A stretch of DNA of 64,000 nt from Candidatus Hodarchaeota archaeon. GTDB taxonomy: Archaea > Asgardarchaeota > Heimdallarchaeia > Hodarchaeales > Hodarchaeaceae. The stretch spans positions 66,879 to 130,878 of the forward strand of contig JAEOTM010000032.1 in assembly GCA_016839815.1 (NCBI GenBank), written 5' to 3'. The position numbers and the translations under genes are program-made. Numbering within the stretch: position 1 is the stretch's first letter; each line of letters opens with the position of its first letter. Below are positions 57,648 through 64,000 of the stretch, piece by piece. The notes beneath the pieces are model-generated. The model made no database searches and was not told where the DNA came from. It was given only the letters and a program-made list of their open reading frames with translations.

Positions 57648-58640
57648 ATGATTGTACAGGGATTTAAAGAGTGGTTACAAGAAAAAGGAACATCAAACGA
57701 TACAATATTACAAATAAATAATCTGATTTCTGAATTTGCTGACTTTCTTGATCAAAAAGGATCAACGATAAATAATCCATCCTATGAGGATGTTCATAAG
57801 TTTTCTAGTTATCTTATTGAACATAAAAAAAATTCTTTTGACAATTTCATATATATACTCCGTCTAGGCTATTTCTACAATAGTAATGACATAATTTTAG
57901 CTATTATGGAAATCATAGATGGAGGAGAGGTTATGTTTAATTTTTCATCACGATTAGAGGAGTTGTTTAGTAAAGAAATAAGAGATCAAGTTTTCGATGG
58001 TGAGATACCTCCATTGGGTCTTCATCCTAAAGATCGTCCTTTAATCACTAAACAACTGATTGATAAATTTATATCCCTTATTCCTCGTGAAAAATGTAAA
58101 AAACTGCTTAATGATGGCCTGAGAGATAAATATATTGATTCCTATAAACCTGATAGAGAGAAATATGTAGAACTAAACGATTTTGCAGAATTTCTGGTTT
58201 ATAAGAAAAAGAAATTAAAAAAAACACTAACTAACCATATAAATGAGGGATCATTATTCTTTACCCAAGAAATAGATCAATCCGTAATAGATTACGTAGA
58301 AGCTAATCCTAGTATTGAATCAGGAATATGGGAAGAAAATAGACTAATAATTACTAAAATTCCTTATATGGCTAAAGAGTTTATTGCAGAGAACGACCCA
58401 GAGAAAAAGAAATATTATTACTGCCACTGCCCGTGGGTACGGGAAGGTTTACAAGATAATTCGTTTGAACTGGATCCTATTTTCTGTAATTGTAGTGCAG
58501 GATATTATAAAAATTACTGGGAGTATGTTCTTGATTCAAAAGTAACGGTAGAACCTGTCGAATCCATTTTAAGGGGTAACGACATATGTAAATTTGTGGT
58601 TACGCTTCCAGACCACCTCGTTGAAAAACATGAAAGATAA
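57648..58640 (+). CDS. DUF6144/V4R-like Cys-motif protein
   Basis: YCHCPWVR, FCNCSAGY and ESIL.G...C motifs. Confidence 0.7.
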   Translation: MIVQGFKEWLQEKGTSNDTILQINNLISEFADFLDQKGSTINNPSYEDVHKFSSYLIEHKKNSFDNFIYILRLGYFYNSNDIILAIMEIIDGGEVMFNFSSRLEELFSKEIRDQVFDGEIPPLGLHPKDRPLITKQLIDKFISLIPREKCKKLLNDGLRDKYIDSYKPDREKYVELNDFAEFLVYKKKKLKKTLTNHINEGSLFFTQEIDQSVIDYVEANPSIESGIWEENRLIITKIPYMAKEFIAENDPEKKKYYYCHCPWVREGLQDNSFELDPIFCNCSAGYYKNYWEYVLDSKVTVEPVESILRGNDICKFVVTLPDHLVEKHER

Positions 58641-58745
58641 CATTTGAAAAGAGTGAGTCACAATCTTCCCAGAGAGTTAAGAGTAAATTGTACAAACTCA
58701 TCCTGTCCAGAATTCTTTTATACGAGTTGTCTGACAAATTTAGTC

Positions 58746-59219
58746 ATGAATTCAAATGAAACATCCAAGATACTAATTGCTTATTTTTCTTACTCTGGAA
58801 ACACCCAAGAGATCGCCCTTAAAATCAATGAAATGGTTGGAGGAGTATTATTTCGTATTGAACCTGCTAAAAAGTATCCTGAAAGCTATCAAGATGTATT
58901 GAAGGTTGGTAAGGATGAAATTATAAGGAAATATAGACCACCACTGAAAAAGAAATTGGAAAACATTGAAAAATTCGATGTGATTTTCATTGGTTCCCCA
59001 AATTGGTGTAAGACGATAGCTCCACCTGTAGTAACATTTCTTTCAGTCCATAGTTTCTCTGGAAAAAGAGTAATTCCATTTATCTCACACGGTGGAGGGG
59101 GTAAAGATAGTTGTGTTACTGATCTTAAAAAAATGATTCCTAAAGCAACTGTTTTAGAGGCAATTGTGGTTTATGGAAATCATATTGAAACTATTAGTAG
59201 AAAAATGTTAAAGTTATGA
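58746..59219 (+). CDS. Flavodoxin
   Basis: YFSYSGNT, GSPNW and PF.SHGGGG motifs. Confidence 0.9.
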   Translation: MNSNETSKILIAYFSYSGNTQEIALKINEMVGGVLFRIEPAKKYPESYQDVLKVGKDEIIRKYRPPLKKKLENIEKFDVIFIGSPNWCKTIAPPVVTFLSVHSFSGKRVIPFISHGGGGKDSCVTDLKKMIPKATVLEAIVVYGNHIETISRKMLKL

Positions 59220-59258
59220 AATATTGATTTCGAGTTTTTTCCTTTTCTATTCGACTAA

Positions 59259-59891
59259 TTACATTTTAGCTAAAGCTTTTTCAATATAATTTGCTCCAGT
59301 TTCATCATTTTCTCGTGCTTTCAGAATTATTGGAACAAATTTTCTTCTGATCTCGGGATTTGCCAAGGCAGTGATTTGTGCTTTTTCATCGTCCCAAATC
59401 TTGCCAACAATCTTCCACCATTCAGCCATGCACTTCCATTCTTCTTCAAAGCATTTTGCAGCCTCTAGAAGGTCTGAATCAGCTTTTTTGAATGAATCAT
59501 GTTCAGCCATTTGTTTTAAAAACTTTGATGCCTGAAATCTTTCTGCAACCATTGTCATTGCATCGTAGTGAACCATTTTTCGTTCAGCTAGAATATCAAA
59601 ATCATCTTTAGGAAATTCATTATCATTTTGTAATTTATCAGCCCATATAGTATAAGACATTAACCCATTGTGAAAATTTTTTACTTTTGGACGTCTAATC
59701 ACTTCAAGAGCCCATTCCAACGAGCTTCTGTAAATATCATTTAATGGTGGTTTTTCTTTGTTACTATCTAAGGCAACAATACCATAAGTGTCTTTAAACC
59801 AGTTTGATTTCCTAAAATAACCGGAATCTTCAAAAGAAACCTCTTCTTTAGACTGTCCAACTACTTCTACCATATCTTGGAAAAGACTCCA
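59259..59891 (-). pseudogene. 5'-truncated gene remnant
   Basis: The frame begins mid-domain (WSLFQDMVE...) just after a stop, with unrelated coding-like sequence upstream. Confidence 0.5.
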
Positions 59892-60088
59892 GGGTCACAT
59901 TAAATTGGATAAGTCTAAAGTACGGTCTCTAATGGAATAGCTTCTAACCAGATTTCCTGAAATTTGACTTCCATTTTTTCCGCAAACGCTTTCTTCCAGA
60001 GATAGATCATGGTAAAGATATCGTTGACATCCACAGGATTAGGAATTTTGAAGAGGGACTGGATTTTCTCATAAACACAAGCTAATCA

Positions 60089-61162
60089 CTAGTGTTTCTT
60101 AAATGCGTGATAGAAGTATCGCTTCTGGAGATTATTGTCGTTTCTATGAAGCCATCTCTTGCCATCATTTATTAGCTCTTCACACAGATCTAAATTACCT
60201 TCCTCTTCAAACATTTTTTTCAGTTTATTTCCAATTTCTATTTCTTTTACCCAAATTGACCGTGCATTAGCAGTGAAGTCTATTGTAGAAAAATTAAATC
60301 CTTGATTTGATAATGCCTGCGCTATTTCTGTAGAACTGGGATCTAAAAGGTAAGAGTCTTTCTTTGATTCAATAATCTGAGCGAGAAAAATACCTACTTG
60401 TCCGCTTGGTTTCAAGATATCAGATATTTTAGCAATAGTCTTATCCAGGCTTCCTATGAACCATGGATAAAGAGTGTCTATTGCATATATCGCATCGAAC
60501 GTAGATGAAGCAAAATCAAGATTATCAAAATCACCAACCTGAAATACAAGCTTCCCCTCTTTAGCTTGAGTATTTGCCCTTGCCCATGTTAGGAGTTTTT
60601 CTGCAAAATCTAACCCTATAATTTTCGCACCAGAATGGTGTTGGACATATTCTGTAATTTTACCTAATCCGCATCCAAGATCTAAAACTAAATCAGTGGA
60701 TTTTAAATTGAAGGACGAAATTAGAGCATTTAACTGGTGCATATCAAAAACATTGTATTGTGCTAAATTTTTACCATAAACTTGTTCACAGAACGAGGCA
60801 TAAGCTTGACTTTTTACATTACGAAGAAGGTTATCATTGTACCAGTTACTTAATTGTTCCGAGCGAAGTTTTTTACAGAAATCCTTTCCTAATTCAGACA
60901 GTTCAAGATCTACTCGATTATTAAGAAGAAGGGACCTTTCTTTGAGTGATTTAATTGCAGAATCAGAATCGATATTTTTCTCTGAAATCATTTTCAGCTT
61001 CTTAATACCCTCCTCTGAAAGGGTGATCTTCAATTCGTTTGATATCGTAATTTCATTCGTTTCAGGGTTTTTTTCTCGTTTTTCAAGTTCATTTATGATA
61101 TTGAGAACGGTTTTCTCACTTTCAGTTAATTCTATGGGATGTCTTGATGAATCCATTTTCAT
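60089..61162 (-). CDS. wHTH plus class I SAM-dependent methyltransferase
   Basis: VLDLGCGLG, GLDFA, FDAIYAIDTL and LKPSG motifs. Confidence 0.9.
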   Translation of the reverse strand: MKMDSSRHPIELTESEKTVLNIINELEKREKNPETNEITISNELKITLSEEGIKKLKMISEKNIDSDSAIKSLKERSLLLNNRVDLELSELGKDFCKKLRSEQLSNWYNDNLLRNVKSQAYASFCEQVYGKNLAQYNVFDMHQLNALISSFNLKSTDLVLDLGCGLGKITEYVQHHSGAKIIGLDFAEKLLTWARANTQAKEGKLVFQVGDFDNLDFASSTFDAIYAIDTLYPWFIGSLDKTIAKISDILKPSGQVGIFLAQIIESKKDSYLLDPSSTEIAQALSNQGFNFSTIDFTANARSIWVKEIEIGNKLKKMFEEEGNLDLCEELINDGKRWLHRNDNNLQKRYFYHAFKKH

Positions 61163-61584
61163 CTACTACGTACTTTTAGTAAATTTAATCAGGGTTATTC
61201 CATCTCCTTTGAAAAATATGTTAAATAGGAAGTGAAAGTGGCAAGTAACCTAGAACAAGAAATTTCATTTGGCAAACCGATATTATCAGATTTTCTCTCT
61301 GCTCATTTCTCAGACAAAAAAGTCGTTTCTATTACCATGGAAAGAGAATCTCCAAGAATGTTATTCAAGAAAACTTTTCATAGTAAATAATTATAACTTG
61401 GGGGTTTTTAATGCGTTCAATAGATTTTAGTATTATATCTAGAGTGGTACGGTACTAATTAAGGTACCTGTTGCAATTCCCACACTATCTGAAATTTCGG
61501 AAGTGTGTGTTTGATGGTACCCCTACTCCACAAATAGCTCTAAAGCATGTCTTAAGATATCGCTTTATCGGAGTGTGACATCCT

Positions 61585-62550
61585 ATGTTAGAAAAACGAA
61601 CCCTTGGAAAAACAGACATTGAGGTATCACCTATTGGCATCGGAGTAATGTTATGGGCTGGAGGGCAAGGTTTAATCTGGGGACGTTTCCCTGGTATTGC
61701 TGATGAAATCAAAACTACCATTATCAGAGAAGCTTTTGATGGTGGGGTCAATTTCTTCGACACTGCAGAAATATATGGCTTTGGAAAATCCGAAGAATAT
61801 TTATCGACTGCTTTGCAGGCCAATAATATTGAAGATCCCGATGTTGTAATTGGCACTAAATGGCGACCTATACTTCGTAGAGCCCGTAATATGCGAAAAT
61901 CCATTGATGCACGAATTAAATTTCTTGATCCTTACACAGTCGATCTTTACATGGTTCATTTTCCCTGGTTGACGTTTTCAACAGTAAAGGGTCAAATGAA
62001 AGAACTTACTACCCTTATTCAGAAGAATAAAGTCCGTTCTGTAGGTGTAAGTAACTTCAAAGAAGACAGGATGAGGAAAGCTCATACTCTTCTTGAAGAT
62101 CAGGAGATCCCCTTAGCTGTCAATCAAGTTCAGTATAGTCTGCTTAGAAGAAATATTGAAAGCAATGGTATCTTAGATGCCGCCAAAGAACTTGGTATCA
62201 CAATCATTGCTTACTCACCTATTCATCAGGGGTTACTGACTGGAAAGTATCATGCTAATCCTGAATTACTGAAACATAAATCACGATATTTCGGTAGAGG
62301 GTTCAAACAGGCGATTAAAAAGACTCAACCATTGATTGATACATTATCTGAAATTAGTAAATCTTATAACGCCACTCCTAGTCAAGTAGCTTTAAATTGG
62401 CTAGTTACTTACCATGGAGAAACGGTGGTTGCTATTCCAGGAGCTACAAAGCTTGGCCATGCTCAAGAAAGTGCAGGAGCAATGGCTTTCAAATTAAATC
62501 AATCTGAAATGAACGAGATTGCACAAGCCTCGGAGAAATTATCAGGTTAA
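61585..62550 (+). CDS. Aldo/keto reductase
   Basis: FDTAEIYG, DLY.VH.P, VGVSNF, AYSP and IPGA motifs. Confidence 0.95.
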   Translation: MLEKRTLGKTDIEVSPIGIGVMLWAGGQGLIWGRFPGIADEIKTTIIREAFDGGVNFFDTAEIYGFGKSEEYLSTALQANNIEDPDVVIGTKWRPILRRARNMRKSIDARIKFLDPYTVDLYMVHFPWLTFSTVKGQMKELTTLIQKNKVRSVGVSNFKEDRMRKAHTLLEDQEIPLAVNQVQYSLLRRNIESNGILDAAKELGITIIAYSPIHQGLLTGKYHANPELLKHKSRYFGRGFKQAIKKTQPLIDTLSEISKSYNATPSQVALNWLVTYHGETVVAIPGATKLGHAQESAGAMAFKLNQSEMNEIAQASEKLSG

Positions 62551-62581
62551 ACTAAAATTTTGATAAGAGAGTGAGGTATCT

Positions 62582-63112
62582 ATGTCAGGAGAGATATTAT
62601 TTTTCCTTCTTTTTATCTTAATAATTATAGTACTTTCCGTAGTATGGACAACAAACCTAGGGGCACCTTGGTTTCCAACCTCAATGACAAAGGTTCATAG
62701 AATGTTAAGATTAGCTGGTGTAGGATCTAATGATGTCGTTTATGATCTAGGGTGTGGTGATGGGCGTATACTTATTACTGCAGCTAGGCACTATGGAGCT
62801 AGAGCTGTGGGAATTGAAATAGATCCCCTACGATATCTCTGGTGTCAAGCTCTAATCACTGCTTTAGGGTTACGTCACCAAATAAAGATTATTTATGGTA
62901 ATTTCTTTGAAAAGGATTTAAATGATGCCACAGTTATCACTTGCTACTTACTTCAAGAAACTAATGACAGATTAGTGAAGAAATTAAAGAAAGAATTGCG
63001 TCCGGGAACAAAGATCGTTTCTCACACCTTTAGATTCTCTGAATTTCCACTAATTTACTGGGATCGTGATACGAGATTTTATCAAATTTCCTCGGATCAG
63101 GACAGAAACTGA
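62582..63112 (+). CDS. Membrane-anchored FAM173/aKMT-like methyltransferase
   Basis: N-terminal TM helix; APWFPT, YDLGCGDGR, GIEIDP and ATVITCYL motifs. Confidence 0.85.
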   Translation: MSGEILFFLLFILIIIVLSVVWTTNLGAPWFPTSMTKVHRMLRLAGVGSNDVVYDLGCGDGRILITAARHYGARAVGIEIDPLRYLWCQALITALGLRHQIKIIYGNFFEKDLNDATVITCYLLQETNDRLVKKLKKELRPGTKIVSHTFRFSEFPLIYWDRDTRFYQISSDQDRN

Positions 63113-63147
63113 AACCTCTTACACATCGCTCATGAAGAGTAATTGTA

Positions 63148-63618
63148 ATGAATTTACGAAAATATCACGAAAAAGACATGAATCAAGTTCTTCAATTACA
63201 TGATGAATTTGAGTCTGTCCACTTTCCTGAATTTCGCTCTCAAGATACTATATTGGGAAAACTAAACCTTGAGGAAAGATATTCATACTACCTTCAACAA
63301 CTTGGAAAGTTTTGGGTAATGGAAGATCAAGGGATGATTGTAGGGTTTATCGGAGTCCAATTTCAGCCAGAAGATCGAGTAGATCTAATTCAACTTCGGG
63401 TGAGGAGGAGTCATCAAAGACGAGGAATTGGCACGCAATTGATTAAAAAGGTTGAAGAGTATGTCGTAACGTTGGGAAAAAAACAGATTTATCTTCATAC
63501 TGCAGATCGTCTTGTGAAGGCACGCAATTTGTATGAAAAATTAGGATACATAATGGAAAATACCCTAGAATCCTCTGAGTTCACTATAATGACATACAAA
63601 AAGGATCTTTTCAAATAG
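63148..63618 (+). CDS. GNAT acetyltransferase
   Basis: QRRGIG and A.NLYEKLGY motifs. Confidence 0.92.
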   Translation: MNLRKYHEKDMNQVLQLHDEFESVHFPEFRSQDTILGKLNLEERYSYYLQQLGKFWVMEDQGMIVGFIGVQFQPEDRVDLIQLRVRRSHQRRGIGTQLIKKVEEYVVTLGKKQIYLHTADRLVKARNLYEKLGYIMENTLESSEFTIMTYKKDLFK

Positions 63619-63644
63619 AGCCCTTCTGTGTTTTTTTATTTAAC

Positions 63645-64000
63645 CTATTGAAGTATTGCCTTAGCTCTCTCGATGTCATCTACACCAAGGATTATTCTAT
63701 TATTTTCTGCGATGTAGATAATATCAATATTAATATTTTCTTGAGCCAACTTGCGAAAGAGTTTTCCACCAGATCCAGGTTGACTAACAATTTCTTTTAT
63801 TTCTAAAACAATTACTTCTCTTAGCTCTTTTATTTTAAAACCCGCTCGCTCTAATACATTATATGCTCTACCCGATTCCTCCACCAAAATGTGAATTAAA
63901 TCCTCTCCGTCACATATAGCTCCACAAAGTCCTTCAATATTAATTTTTTCCTTACCTAGAGTTTCTCCTAAATCAGCTAAGGCACCAGGTTTATTTTCTA
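63645..64000 (-). CDS. Tandem ACT-domain protein (5'-truncated by the window)
   Basis: Frame is open to the window edge: ENKPGALADL...INIE, then QPGSGG...INID. Confidence 0.88.
   Translation of the reverse strand, partial: ENKPGALADLGETLGKEKINIEGLCGAICDGEDLIHILVEESGRAYNVLERAGFKIKELREVIVLEIKEIVSQPGSGGKLFRKLAQENINIDIIYIAENNRIILGVDDIERAKAILQ

Noticed and set aside
651-61904. Numerous short track ORFs overlapping larger genes (e.g. 651-878, 9612-9926, 16685-17161, 33133-33510, 61485-61904)
   Set aside because: Antisense or alternate-frame shadows of well-supported genes, without motifs.
1-64000. CRISPR array, tRNA/rRNA, IS or integrase
   Set aside because: No regularly spaced repeats, cloverleafs, long GC-rich structured tracts or transposase motifs were seen by eye.

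Overview
AT-rich (roughly 35% GC by eye), gene-dense archaeal DNA. It has GGTGA-type SD motifs, TTTATAAA TATA boxes, oligo-T terminators, an HMf-fold histone and PGF-CTERM-like anchored surface proteins. Together these fit an Asgard archaeon, most likely Heimdallarchaeia/Hodarchaeales (inference). No rRNA, tRNA, CRISPR array or intact mobile element was seen. Layout: (1) 1-15.3 kb carries DNA repair and chromatin genes (nfo, orphan DNA MTase, histone, sfsA, dinB, thpR) plus a PadR/HAAS module. (2) 15.5-28.6 kb is a sulfur/redox island: a Qmo-like, HdrB-less set (HdrA x2, MvhD, HdrC-cytochrome b fusion), three TusA and three DsrE sulfur carriers, a type III SQR-like flavoprotein and two Cys-rich Lrp regulators. 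Its upstream operon has a structured, switch-like 5' leader RNA. (3) 29-49 kb holds peptide and amino-acid catabolism genes, two unannotated Cys-rich microproteins (one is a stand-alone EndoIII-type [4Fe-4S] loop), an orphan MTase and a TPR gene with an in-frame TGA. (4) 49-64 kb is an accessory mosaic with gene remnants. The best candidates for new biology are the sulfur island, its leader RNA and the microprotein locus.
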